Of a DNA stretch of 64,000 nt, positions 46,490-55,732 are shown piece after piece. Both the position numbers and the translations under genes were made by a program. The stretch is from the NCBI GenBank assembly GCA_009729775.1, contig GCA_009729775.1_4081.1; one strand, written 5' to 3'. The stretch is from Escherichia coli. GTDB taxonomy: Bacteria > Pseudomonadota > Gammaproteobacteria > Enterobacterales > Enterobacteriaceae. How positions within the stretch are numbered: the stretch's first letter is position 1; each line of letters begins with the position of its first letter. The notes beneath the pieces are model-generated. The model was not told the DNA's origin. It did not search any database and worked only from the letters and a program-made list of their open reading frames with translations.

Positions 46490-46746
46490 TGTTCCTCGTA
46501 TAATTCTATATCATCAACTCCAACTTGGCGAATTGCAGTACTTCTGTTGAATGTATTTTTTTCAAACAAACATACTGTTAAACGTATTTCACACTTCAAT
46601 GCACTGTAATAAATCATATCAATAACACCATATGTTTCATACATTTCTACGTATACATTTCGACCTAAATACTTTTCTTCTAAATCAGTAATTAGACTAT
46701 TGATAAGATTACCTATCTGTGTTATATCTGTGTGAAATTTATCCAT
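46486..46746 (-). CDS. small protein, paralog family (86 aa)
   Basis: EEKYLGRNVYVE core. Confidence 0.5.
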   Translation of the reverse strand: MDKFHTDITQIGNLINSLITDLEEKYLGRNVYVEMYETYGVIDMIYYSALKCEIRLTVCLFEKNTFNRSTAIRQVGVDDIELYEEQ

Positions 46747-46991
46747 TATAATAAACCTCTCACATAAAACATTGATGAAAATAGATAATCATTAGTACTT
46801 GTGTTTAGTTGTTTAGAAAAGTTATATTTTTTATCTTTATTTTCGTATAAAGACAATCTATAGAACATTTCTATATTTTCTAAGTATTCTTTTTGTAACA
46901 ACATCTGTGTTTTTACATTCATTATAATATACCTTAAAAGAAAAAGGGACCAACATATGATCCCTTTTGTATTAGAAATTTCCTTCTGCAA
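46746..46991 (-). CDS. hypothetical small protein (start uncertain; track start is TTG inside pseT 3' end)
   Basis: ORF track; probable true start at internal ATG (MNVKTQ...). Confidence 0.35.
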   Translation of the reverse strand: MQKEISNTKGIICWSLFLLRYIIMNVKTQMLLQKEYLENIEMFYRLSLYENKDKKYNFSKQLNTSTNDYLFSSMFYVRGLL

Positions 46992-47904
46992 CTTGCATTA
47001 CTTTCAAGCCAAGTAGCTTACGCCACATGAATACAACTTGATCGCGGTCATCATAAACCTTTTTAACATCGTAATGATCAACCACATTTTTCATGTACAG
47101 GTCGAATTTTACAACATCATCGGGACGTTTATCATCTATGTCTCGCATAAACAATGCATCGTAAGGAATACCCCAATTCTTAAGCCACTGTTCGGTATCA
47201 GCACGACACCCTTCAGTACGCCCACTCATGACGATAATCTTGCGTTTATGAAAAACTGCTTCAGCGATAATAGACAAAATAACTTCTTCATCTGGTGTAT
47301 CCTGAAGAACAGTACTTTCATCGTAAGGATTACGACCCCATTTATGAGCAAGAGTACCGTCAATATCAACGATAACAGCAGCTTCTCGTGAATTACCATA
47401 GTAACCAATGTGCATGGCCTTACTATAATAGTACGTATCTGCCATAGTGTCAATGATATTATCTTGTACTGAACGCTCACGCATGAGGTTACGTTTCTTA
47501 CAAAGTTTTACGAACTCTTTAATCTTAAAGAAAACATGAACATCTGCACCACGATCTTCATTCGGTACAAAATCTTCGTAGAAGTTCTTTTCTTTGTAGT
47601 CGTATTCATTATCTTTAGCCCAACGTTTCCATTCATCACGGAAATGTTGTTTAAGGTTCGTATCGGACACAATGATGTTCCAACCATTCTCTGCTGCTGA
47701 ATTTGCTGCACTGAACTGCATTTTAGTTACGTACTGCTCATTAGCGTCGTTGAATTTGTATGCATCATGTGACCCTGCCATTGATTCTCGAATGTCATCA
47801 CGGTTAATGTTGATAGTCTTCGATTTGGCATTTTTAATTTCTTGAACTGCCCATGTGGTTTTACCACAACCAGGCAACCCAACTGTTAGTGTAATAGTTG
47901 GCAT
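46972..47904 (-). CDS. pseT: polynucleotide 5'-kinase / 3'-phosphatase
   Basis: Walker A GLPGCGKTT; HAD phosphatase motif VIVDIDGTLA; overall resemblance to T4 PseT (from memory) including C-terminal QVAEGNF; AAGGAG RBS. Confidence 0.9.
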   Translation of the reverse strand: MPTITLTVGLPGCGKTTWAVQEIKNAKSKTININRDDIRESMAGSHDAYKFNDANEQYVTKMQFSAANSAAENGWNIIVSDTNLKQHFRDEWKRWAKDNEYDYKEKNFYEDFVPNEDRGADVHVFFKIKEFVKLCKKRNLMRERSVQDNIIDTMADTYYYSKAMHIGYYGNSREAAVIVDIDGTLAHKWGRNPYDESTVLQDTPDEEVILSIIAEAVFHKRKIIVMSGRTEGCRADTEQWLKNWGIPYDALFMRDIDDKRPDDVVKFDLYMKNVVDHYDVKKVYDDRDQVVFMWRKLLGLKVMQVAEGNF

Positions 47905-47916
47905 TATTACTCCTTG

Positions 47917-48231
47917 TTACTCAATGAATTCTACATCTTCGAGTTTGTGCCATCCTCTTGAAAGGTTTCTTGTTCCGTTATTGTATTCAGTGTATACAAA
48001 GCATTCACCATTTACTAAATTACCAATAGCAGTACGCGATACTTTAACATCAAGAATTATAGTACTGAACCATTCTCTGATTGTATGATCCCAGCATTTA
48101 ACTTTACATCCAATCAATGTTTTCTTAAAATCGAAAACGTAATCTTCGACCATTGATTCGACAGATTCTATTAGTTCCTTTTCAATGTACTTTAACTTTT
48201 CGATCCTCTCAAATGCAAGTTCTTTATTCAT
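47917..48231 (-). CDS. small protein, paralog family (104 aa)
   Basis: KKTLIGCKVKCW core. Confidence 0.5.
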   Translation of the reverse strand: MNKELAFERIEKLKYIEKELIESVESMVEDYVFDFKKTLIGCKVKCWDHTIREWFSTIILDVKVSRTAIGNLVNGECFVYTEYNNGTRNLSRGWHKLEDVEFIE

Positions 48232-48237
48232 ATGTCC

Positions 48238-48492
48238 TCAATTATCTAGAACATCCACTATCAAACAAGCTTCAATAACGAAACAATCATCTAATTCAAA
48301 GAGTAATTGATAGTCATCAGAAAACTTCACTTTAGTAATGTAAGCACTTTCAATTCCACCACTATGATAAGAACTATATAAAATACATTTACCTGTATAT
48401 TCCTTACGGATACGACTAAATTCTTCATATAAATGAGTAATAAACGTATCCGCAGTTTTGTTGTAGTATTTTAGGTCACTTACTGTGCTCAT
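48238..48492 (-). CDS. small protein, paralog family (84 aa)
   Basis: RKEYTGKCILYS core. Confidence 0.5.
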   Translation of the reverse strand: MSTVSDLKYYNKTADTFITHLYEEFSRIRKEYTGKCILYSSYHSGGIESAYITKVKFSDDYQLLFELDDCFVIEACLIVDVLDN

Positions 48493-48706
48493 TAACTTTT
48501 CCTACTCCAAATCGTTTGGAGATTTTCACAAGTACAGATTCATCACAACGAATACTAGCTGTATCATTGGATGAACTGTACTTTAATGGGGTCCACTGTA
48601 ATTGAGATTCTTCTAGGAACTTGATACATCTGAAGTAATCTTTCAGAGAAAGAAATTTAACTACTGACATATCCTGAACAATACTATGCTGAACTTCAAC
48701 TTTCAT
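48476..48706 (-). CDS. hypothetical protein (76 aa)
   Basis: ORF track. Confidence 0.45.
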   Translation of the reverse strand: MKVEVQHSIVQDMSVVKFLSLKDYFRCIKFLEESQLQWTPLKYSSSNDTASIRCDESVLVKISKRFGVGKVNEHSK

Positions 48707-48715
48707 ATGAACTCC

Positions 48716-48973
48716 TTATAGTGGATCAAATTTATTTTCACGTTTCGATGTATAGCGAGTTACATCATGTATTCTCGGCTTAACACCTTTTGGTTTCCTT
48801 TTCTTCTTGTATTCAGTACTACTACATCCGAAGGTATTCTCGATTCGTTTCTTACTTATCTTCACACCTTTCATTGAGCGTTTGTGCTGTAATTCATCGA
48901 TTTCTTCTTGTATTTTCCTGAACTCAGTCGGAGAAAGGGAACCGTCATTTTTATACTTAGGTTTAGCCATCAC
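48716..48973 (-). CDS. small basic protein (85 aa)
   Basis: K/R-rich. Confidence 0.5.
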   Translation of the reverse strand: MMAKPKYKNDGSLSPTEFRKIQEEIDELQHKRSMKGVKISKKRIENTFGCSSTEYKKKRKPKGVKPRIHDVTRYTSKRENKFDPL

Positions 48974-49000
48974 TTCTCCTTGTGCTTAGGCTAGATAGTA

Positions 49001-50143
49001 CTAAAAATCCTTTAGTACAATTTTCATGTATTTTATAAGAGTCTCTTTGTAATCAACTTTCTTATTGTTATACATTGCAAAGGCCAAGCCCTGACGATTC
49101 AGTTCATTAGTTAAACACTCCTGAACCTTCATTGCGAATTCCTTTCGCTCCAAGTGCTTGTGTTCCTTGACGAAGCTTTCTACTTCATCTTGTAATGCAT
49201 TATAGCACGAAAATACCAATTGTTCCATTCTTAATATCTTTTGCATAGCATATTCATCAGTACTGAACAATTGTTTTAAATCATCACTAGAACCATTTAA
49301 TACTGCTTCATATAAATGAGAATCAATAATAATACTATCTTTTGTAAGATGTAATGAACTGTACCAGTCAGTCTTTATTTTACACATTGTCCCATTATTT
49401 AGGATGCACACAAAACCCTCAATATCAAGCATTTTATGAACTTCCTCCACGCTTTCACGGAAGGTATTTCGTACCGGAAAAGTGTGATGAATATCTTTTC
49501 CAGTCATATTAGTACTGTACTGTGCAAGACATGGAAACTTATCACGTAGTGCTTTACCACATAGCAACTCACCACTCACACGATGACGAACGTTCAGTAC
49601 AAACAGTTGTTCTACCTGATATGGTAATACAATTCGGTACTCTGGGCTTGTATACTCCATATTAACTGTGTAACCTAAACGTTCCGCTTCGTCGATGTAC
49701 TGATACAAATTCTGGTTCTCGTTAATAAGTCGAGTACTGTTAATCGCATGGTCAGAGTACAATGCAGTATGTGATTTACAACGAATCTCACCATCATTAT
49801 CACGGTAAGTACTGATTACTGAACCATCCAACTTAGGCATCACTACTGCAATGTCATTACATGTGGTGTTGGCAGGGAACATTGTAGCAGGATTCTCATA
49901 AGCATTAAAGAACTTTTTCATAGTACGGGCAGCACAACGAATCATTTCACCTTCTTCATCAATTTCCCACATAGATCCACGGGTTTCTAATGCATTGGGT
50001 TGCATGAAATCAGTATATGATGCTAGTCGGTAACTGAATACACGATACGTGCCACCAGCAGGACTTTTATGATCTACATAAAAGAACGCATCGTTTGTAT
50101 TACATAAGTGCATTAAATCTTCATATATTTGCAAAAGGGTCAT
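49001..50143 (-). CDS. rnlA: RNA ligase 1 (T4 Rnl1-like)
   Basis: N-terminus and KxDG adenylation motif (MPKLDGS) closely parallel T4 RnlA as I recall it; 380 aa; AGAGGT RBS. Confidence 0.9.
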   Translation of the reverse strand: MTLLQIYEDLMHLCNTNDAFFYVDHKSPAGGTYRVFSYRLASYTDFMQPNALETRGSMWEIDEEGEMIRCAARTMKKFFNAYENPATMFPANTTCNDIAVVMPKLDGSVISTYRDNDGEIRCKSHTALYSDHAINSTRLINENQNLYQYIDEAERLGYTVNMEYTSPEYRIVLPYQVEQLFVLNVRHRVSGELLCGKALRDKFPCLAQYSTNMTGKDIHHTFPVRNTFRESVEEVHKMLDIEGFVCILNNGTMCKIKTDWYSSLHLTKDSIIIDSHLYEAVLNGSSDDLKQLFSTDEYAMQKILRMEQLVFSCYNALQDEVESFVKEHKHLERKEFAMKVQECLTNELNRQGLAFAMYNNKKVDYKETLIKYMKIVLKDF

Positions 50144-50448
50144 TTTATTACCTCTATATCTACATCAGTTCCATAATATGATATTAATCCATCATCAGAT
50201 TCACACTGAATAGACAACTCAGATTCATAGTATGTTACTTTATTCACTGTTAGTACGTGTTCTTCAATTTTTCCAGAAAAATAATTCATTTCACGCACAC
50301 GAACTTTAGTTCCTTTAGGTAGTTCATCTGAGATTTTTTGAACAAGTTCATAAGCAGCCTGTTCAAGTGTGTACAGTAATTGTAATCTATCTTGAATATT
50401 CATATTATTTCCACCAACTTGTATCACGTCCATTAGACAAAGATTCAT
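50140..50448 (-). CDS. small protein, paralog-family-like (102 aa)
   Basis: ELPKGTKVRVRE core. Confidence 0.5.
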   Translation of the reverse strand: MNLCLMDVIQVGGNNMNIQDRLQLLYTLEQAAYELVQKISDELPKGTKVRVREMNYFSGKIEEHVLTVNKVTYYESELSIQCESDDGLISYYGTDVDIEVIK

Positions 50449-51094
50449 TGTACTGATGCCTAAAATTAGTTTTTGGATTATTGTTCATAGTACTAATAAA
50501 ATCAAATTTAACATTCTCTTGAATATATTTTTTAACACTATCTTTAAATTTAATAGTACTGAAGTCTAAATCTAGATGTTCATACAATACCGGATGACAA
50601 AACTCATGTGTACGCAACGATGGCATAGTATCCTTAATGTATTGCACAGTGTTAATCATTGCATTGTATTCAGGCATAGCACGCATCATCATTAGCTGAA
50701 AGTGTTCTTCCTCTGACATTGACTCATCCAAATCAATAACGACTTCATCATTTTTAGAGTCATAAACTTTAATGGTACTCTTGGTTGGATCAAGCATCGC
50801 CCACTCTGGATACAGGCATGTTTTCCAAAAAGGATTATTGCACTGAAACATACTAATGAGATTTTGATCTTTATCAAAAATAGCAAATCCAAGATCCGAA
50901 CTTGGTTGTACTTCACATACACAAATATCGTAAGACGAGTCTTCAGTACTGAGTGAACCAACTACATTTGATATATGTGAATATGGAGTTTCTCTTGACT
51001 CCAACTGAAATGTACTTTCAATTCGATTGATTTGTGGATGTAATGTAATTACACCCCTTAGTACATATAAAATTCTATCTAAATCTTTAATCAA
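50405..51094 (-). CDS. hypothetical protein (229 aa)
   Basis: ORF track. Confidence 0.55.
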   Translation of the reverse strand: MIKDLDRILYVLRGVITLHPQINRIESTFQLESRETPYSHISNVVGSLSTEDSSYDICVCEVQPSSDLGFAIFDKDQNLISMFQCNNPFWKTCLYPEWAMLDPTKSTIKVYDSKNDEVVIDLDESMSEEEHFQLMMMRAMPEYNAMINTVQYIKDTMPSLRTHEFCHPVLYEHLDLDFSTIKFKDSVKKYIQENVKFDFISTMNNNPKTNFRHQYNESLSNGRDTSWWK

Positions 51095-51669
51095 AATTCT
51101 ATCCCCGTATCGGTTAATTTCGTTCCGTCCATGTACTTAACAGTTATTTCAATGCGTCGATCAGTACTCAATTTTTGAAGATCATTGTAGTACAATTTAA
51201 ATTCTTCAAAGAACTCAAGTGGTGGAATATCGTATAAAGTACTAATCTGGAAGTGCTCAGGTAATCCAAATTCCAATATATCAATCTTAGGCATAAGTCC
51301 ATCGGCTGCTGCACCTTCTGGAGTACTGCTGTCTGCTACATAAAACATAGAATTACCATGACGCTGGATAACGAATATGCAATCATCTTCACTTACATAA
51401 ATCATATTTCCAAGGTATGGATCGTTATCACACCAATTATCATGGACGAGTTGTTCAACTTGAAGTAAATCTTTTATAATTCCCTGACCACTATCGTCAA
51501 CTAGAATATGTAAACCAGAACAATCTTTGCTCAACCAGCGGTATCTTGCATCACATCCTGATTCCATAAATGGATATTTTGAAAAATCCATATCAGTACC
51601 ATTATAAAACCAATCGTACCACTCGTTACGCATAGTAATCAGCTTAGTACTTAATTCTAATACATTCAT
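51091..51669 (-). CDS. hypothetical protein (192 aa)
   Basis: ORF track. Confidence 0.55.
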   Translation of the reverse strand: MNVLELSTKLITMRNEWYDWFYNGTDMDFSKYPFMESGCDARYRWLSKDCSGLHILVDDSGQGIIKDLLQVEQLVHDNWCDNDPYLGNMIYVSEDDCIFVIQRHGNSMFYVADSSTPEGAAADGLMPKIDILEFGLPEHFQISTLYDIPPLEFFEEFKLYYNDLQKLSTDRRIEITVKYMDGTKLTDTGIEF

Positions 51670-51676
51670 TTTAGTT

Positions 51677-51979
51677 TTATCCTCTTAATTTAATAGTACT
51701 GGCTGGATATTCTACCAAAGTATTATCAGGTAATCCTATACAGTAATAAGGGAAATACCCCATCTTTATATTAATACCAATTAAAATTCCTGTTTTATAT
51801 GAAGTATTAATTCCATAGTAATCGTCTATATCAACAGCAAGTCCATATAATGATATGTTACAATCCTTGATATATCGGTCAAACATTTTATACATTGCAG
51901 AATATAAAGTTCCATTGGATTGTCTCACCAAATCAGCCAACATTTTGATAGTACTGTTAATTAAATCTATACTGAACAT
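51677..51979 (-). CDS. hypothetical protein (100 aa)
   Basis: ORF track. Confidence 0.5.
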   Translation of the reverse strand: MFSIDLINSTIKMLADLVRQSNGTLYSAMYKMFDRYIKDCNISLYGLAVDIDDYYGINTSYKTGILIGINIKMGYFPYYCIGLPDNTLVEYPASTIKLRG

Positions 51980-51992
51980 CTTTGTACCTGCG

Positions 51993-52016
51993 AAAAAAGA
52001 CCAGCAAACGCTGGCC
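51993..52016 (-). terminator. terminator-like hairpin plus U6
   Basis: stem CCAGC/GCTGG; A6 on plus 51993-51998; downstream of stop of 52024..52305. Confidence 0.45.
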
Positions 52017-52023
52017 TAAGAAT

Positions 52024-52305
52024 TTAAATTATTTCATAAAGACAATATACACCATCAACACCAGCATCAGGAAAATCAACATAGAAATTCACACTAACAG
52101 TGTCGTAATCTATATCAGTGATTCGTCCGGTTTTACCTACACTTTTTACAAATATATCAGTACCAAGATACACAAACTCAAATTCGTCAGCATACTCTTT
52201 TATGATATCTGCGAACCAACAACCACACCTAGGTTCTGTGTTAATAATTTCAAGATATAATGTAATATATTGTTCGTATGTCCATGTGTGTAGATAAAAA
52301 TCCAT
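52024..52305 (-). CDS. hypothetical protein (93 aa)
   Basis: ORF track. Confidence 0.5.
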   Translation of the reverse strand: MDFYLHTWTYEQYITLYLEIINTEPRCGCWFADIIKEYADEFEFVYLGTDIFVKSVGKTGRITDIDYDTVSVNFYVDFPDAGVDGVYCLYEII

Positions 52306-52315
52306 AGCAGTTTCC

Positions 52316-53053
52316 TTAGAAATATATCATACCCATCAATTCAGAATCGGCGGGGCGAGTATAACCTTGCTTCTTAACTTTAAAATAGAATGATTCATGC
52401 TCTTCTAAATTATAACGTTTTTTCAAGCAACGAGTGTATGTCTGACAATTTGGGTGAACCCATTCATAAATGTGAATGCCATTTTCGTCATAACCATTTA
52501 TACTACAACGATTTCCTTCATGCTTCATAAAGTTTTTACTTTTTTCAGTAAATTCTTTCACTGTAGTTGTATATGGAGATTTGTATTCAAAAGGAACTTC
52601 AGTCATACGAAAATAATAGTATTCTTCGTCTTCATCATATCCCAAGAGCACTGTGTTAGTTTCACGTACATTGTAATGATTCTTACTTTTTAATTCATTT
52701 TCGTATATATCTTTCAGTACTTCTGCAAAAACTTCATCGCTTGATGCATTAGGATTAGATACACCTGATACTCGGCGTTCAATAATAAAATCAGTGAATT
52801 TGCGGTCTTCGGCAATATCTTCGTTCATATAAAGACTAACAAACTTATCCTTATATGTCTTTACACTATATTGCTTACTTTGTACTTCACTATAAACATC
52901 TGCTAACATATTCTCCTGACCACACTGCACACCACTTACAGAATAAGCACATGCATGTTCAGCCATTACTGATGTTAACATTTGGAAATTTGCCATGTTT
53001 AATTCATTCGCCATCTCTGTAGCGAAACGGATACGGTCAAGCATTTCACACAC
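52316..53053 (-). CDS. hypothetical protein (245 aa)
   Basis: ORF track. Confidence 0.55.
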   Translation of the reverse strand: MCEMLDRIRFATEMANELNMANFQMLTSVMAEHACAYSVSGVQCGQENMLADVYSEVQSKQYSVKTYKDKFVSLYMNEDIAEDRKFTDFIIERRVSGVSNPNASSDEVFAEVLKDIYENELKSKNHYNVRETNTVLLGYDEDEEYYYFRMTEVPFEYKSPYTTTVKEFTEKSKNFMKHEGNRCSINGYDENGIHIYEWVHPNCQTYTRCLKKRYNLEEHESFYFKVKKQGYTRPADSELMGMIYF

Positions 53054-53102
53054 TCCTTGTGTTAATTATTGTTCCTTACCCATTATTATATCATGAATTA
53101 AA

Positions 53103-53399
53103 CTATTGTCCCTGTTTATAGCAATAAAGATTCTCTAATTTAAAGTCCACTAGGTCACATTCAGAACGTACTCGATTCTTGTTCCAGAATAAAATACGAA
53201 TCCTTTCATAATCACGATAAACACTAATAATGCTTCGGTGCTTGGATTTGTAGTACTCCTGTACTATCCCCAGATACACAGTCCTCAATAAAGACTTAGT
53301 TGGATAGGGCATATTCTGTGCTGACGTGATATTGTAAATCATCTTCATTGTTTCAGCAATAAGTACTTCATTTGTTCTCATTGTAATCCTTACATACAC
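53103..53399 (-). CDS. hypothetical protein (98 aa; track start is GTG, ATG at 53379-53381 more likely)
   Basis: ORF track plus hand check of start codon. Confidence 0.5.
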   Translation of the reverse strand: MYVRITMRTNEVLIAETMKMIYNITSAQNMPYPTKSLLRTVYLGIVQEYYKSKHRSIISVYRDYERIRILFWNKNRVRSECDLVDFKLENLYCYKQGQ

Positions 53400-53544
53400 T
53401 ATGCAAAGTAAACCCTAAACCAACACCGACAAATGGAAATAGTAAATTGATATACCAAGTATTAATTGATGAAAGGAAACAAATCCCACATACTGTCAGT
53501 ACTGCCAATGAAAAAAGACTCCAGATAAAAAATACTGTTCTCAT
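53368..53544 (-). CDS. small hydrophobic membrane protein (58 aa), not in ORF track
   Basis: hand translation MRTVFFIWSLFSLAVLTVCGICFLSSINTWYINLLFPFVGVGLGFTLHSVCKDYNENK; ATGA overlap with stop of 53541..53831. Confidence 0.35.
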   Translation of the reverse strand: MRTVFFIWSLFSLAVLTVCGICFLSSINTWYINLLFPFVGVGLGFTLHSVCKDYNENK

Positions 53545-53831
53545 AAAAATGTTACCTCATCAAATGAAAAGTTTAAGTACGTTGTTGAATCTTGGTCTAA
53601 ACTATGAATAGTAATATGACCATTGAAATAAAAAGAAACATCAACTATTTGAAGTTTTGGGTATTTTCTAGTACTGAAATACCTTCCTACTACTAAGTCA
53701 GAAAACATATTTCTGTATTCTTGTGTTACGTTTTTGTATAGGTTATGTAGAGCACTTTCTTGTGAATCGAAAGTAATGGAATAATCTTTCACCAATATAG
53801 CATATGTTTTCTGCATTAAAATGATATTCAT
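53541..53831 (-). CDS. small protein, tandem paralog array member 1 (96 aa)
   Basis: N-terminal QKTYAILVKDY and SDLVVGRYF core shared with array. Confidence 0.5.
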   Translation of the reverse strand: MNIILMQKTYAILVKDYSITFDSQESALHNLYKNVTQEYRNMFSDLVVGRYFSTRKYPKLQIVDVSFYFNGHITIHSLDQDSTTYLNFSFDEVTFL

Positions 53832-54214
53832 AAATCTCCTAATACCTCAAAAATTACTGATATTGGGTATAATGGGTTACCAGTTGAAGTAATACATACA
53901 ATTAGTACGTTTTTTCCTGGTCCCACATCCGTTATAGTGAAATTAATATTATTAATATTCAGTGATTTACCAATATAATGCTCTTTCAATAATTCAACAA
54001 AATAATCCAGTACTGGATTATCTGCACTATATGATAACTCAGTACTTGATATCATTTTATATGTATGAACTATTAGTTCAGCTTTAGTCATGAACACGCT
54101 CACAATTAAGGCAATAAATGCACTCAATGTCAGGTCGCCATGATTTATCAAAATCTTTGTGCTGTTCTTCGGTGTATTCTGCATCATCATTAATAGGGAA
54201 GAAATCACCAGCAC
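53828..54214 (-). CDS. small protein, paralog family (track 128 aa; likely ~75 aa from ATG 54053-54055)
   Basis: KEHYIGKSLNI core; 5' part of track ORF overlaps the zinc-ribbon ORF. Confidence 0.45.
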   Translation of the reverse strand: MLVISSLLMMMQNTPKNSTKILINHGDLTLSAFIALIVSVFMTKAELIVHTYKMISSTELSYSADNPVLDYFVELLKEHYIGKSLNINNINFTITDVGPGKNVLIVCITSTGNPLYPISVIFEVLGDL

Positions 54215-54284
54215 CAGTCGCCCAGTCTGAATCTAAACGGAAACGAGCTAATTGAGTACTGTTACAATATGGACACTTATTCAA
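54084..54284 (-). CDS. small zinc-ribbon protein (66 aa, TTG start)
   Basis: CPYC ... CLNC; AAGGA RBS 8 nt upstream of TTG. Confidence 0.4.
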   Translation of the reverse strand: MNKCPYCNSTQLARFRLDSDWATGAGDFFPINDDAEYTEEQHKDFDKSWRPDIECIYCLNCERVHD

Positions 54285-54561
54285 AATTTATTCCTTCTAA
54301 CTGATATACGTTTAATGAAAATGACCCACTATTATTATCGCATCTGAAACACAGTGTTAAAGAACCATTAAAACTAACTACATCCGTACAGATACATTTT
54401 TCACCATTGGATATGATAGATTTTCCTATATATAAATCTCTTACTATAGTACGGTAATGTTGCCATAAAAAATAATACACACTTTCATAGTACTCATCTT
54501 TTACATATGATAAGTATAAGAATTTATAAAATACTTGTATTTCCTTTAAGTTGTTTTTCAT
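54277..54561 (-). CDS. small protein, tandem paralog array member (94 aa)
   Basis: EIQVFYKFLYLSY N-terminus; RDLYIGKSI core. Confidence 0.5.
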   Translation of the reverse strand: MKNNLKEIQVFYKFLYLSYVKDEYYESVYYFLWQHYRTIVRDLYIGKSIISNGEKCICTDVVSFNGSLTLCFRCDNNSGSFSLNVYQLEGINFE

Positions 54562-54835
54562 TCTCCAACTCCAGTAAATTTACACCAATCCAATCAACAT
54601 CACTATCAGTACTTAATTCCAATCGTAGCTTACCGCTATGACTAACAATATCGCGGAATTTGTATATTTTATTATCACGAACTATACACAAATCATGGTA
54701 ATATTCATGTAATTCATCCAAAAACTTTATCCATACCGAACGATAGATTTCACCGTAGAGATATTCTCCAGCATCAACCGTAGCGTATTGGATATACAAA
54801 AATTTATATGTGAATTGTATATCATTTAATAACAT
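54524..54835 (-). CDS. small protein, tandem paralog array member (103 aa)
   Basis: LNDIQFTYKFLYIQY N-terminus; 20-nt identity with next paralog at 5' end. Confidence 0.5.
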   Translation of the reverse strand: MLLNDIQFTYKFLYIQYATVDAGEYLYGEIYRSVWIKFLDELHEYYHDLCIVRDNKIYKFRDIVSHSGKLRLELSTDSDVDWIGVNLLELENEKQLKGNTSIL

Positions 54836-54845
54836 ATGTAACCTC

Positions 54846-55157
54846 TTATAAATTCACCAACTTCACAACTTTAATCTCGATAAATCCCCTATCGGTTATT
54901 TCAAGAAATTCAACATGGATAATCCCATTGTATGATTTAACTCCAGAGAACTCGAATATATCATTTCCGTCGATAAAAGTACTGTAATTCTTTTTTATAT
55001 ATTCACCTACTGAATCTAAGTACTCAATATATAAATCAATAAATGGTTGTTCTTTGTATGGGTTATGTGAACCTATTTTGTTACTAACAAGGTATACATC
55101 ATACAAATCATATAGGATCTTATAAGTGAATTGTATATCATTTAAATTTAATCCCAA
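54846..55157 (-). CDS. small protein, tandem paralog array member (103 aa)
   Basis: LNDIQFTYKILYDLY N-terminus. Confidence 0.5.
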   Translation of the reverse strand: MGLNLNDIQFTYKILYDLYDVYLVSNKIGSHNPYKEQPFIDLYIEYLDSVGEYIKKNYSTFIDGNDIFEFSGVKSYNGIIHVEFLEITDRGFIEIKVVKLVNL

Positions 55158-55414
55158 GGGAATATCTCCAACGGAATACTGGTAAATCCAAAATCAGTGT
55201 AGTACTGAACCTCAACTTTACCATCACGTCTAATGATTATATCAGAAAATTCTGCATGGTCATCACCAATAATAACAGTACTGAATTTTTTTTTAATCTT
55301 ACCACGAATCGTATGAATCATTTCAGTGCATGTGTCTTCTAGACTAGGGCTATCATTGTCGTGTGCTAAATCTCGAATAATCTTGTATGTTAGTAGGAAA
55401 TCTTTATAATTCAT
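55148..55414 (-). CDS. small protein, tandem paralog array member (88 aa)
   Basis: KDFLLTYKIIRDL N-terminus. Confidence 0.5.
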   Translation of the reverse strand: MNYKDFLLTYKIIRDLAHDNDSPSLEDTCTEMIHTIRGKIKKKFSTVIIGDDHAEFSDIIIRRDGKVEVQYYTDFGFTSIPLEIFPWD

Positions 55415-55686
55415 ATGTCCACCAAATCTATACTATATCTTTCATTAGTATTACTATCTATAAATGATAGTACTAATTTACCACCAAAACTATTAACTTG
55501 TTCTATCTTCTGTTTTTTACCACGAATGATTATCTCACTATTAACAAAATATTCACGTATCATTATTAAGTGATTAATCCAGATAGTATGAGTGAATGTG
55601 TTTTCTCGTATTGTATTGAGATATCTTCCATTGTGATGTAAATCAAACAAAACACTGTATGTATATTGTAGAACTTTATAATTCAT
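55411..55686 (-). CDS. small protein, tandem paralog array member (91 aa)
   Basis: KVLQYTYSVLFDL N-terminus. Confidence 0.5.
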   Translation of the reverse strand: MNYKVLQYTYSVLFDLHHNGRYLNTIRENTFTHTIWINHLIMIREYFVNSEIIIRGKKQKIEQVNSFGGKLVLSFIDSNTNERYSIDLVDI

Positions 55687-55698
55687 ATATCCCCTTAC

Positions 55699-55726
55699 AA
55701 AAATAGCCCGAACTTATGTCGGGCTA
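55699..55726 (-). terminator. intrinsic terminator (TAGCCCGA/TCGGGCTA) plus U5
   Basis: perfect 8-bp stem; A-run 55699-55703 on plus; downstream of stop of 55733..56419. Confidence 0.55.
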
Positions 55727-55732
55727 TGTACA

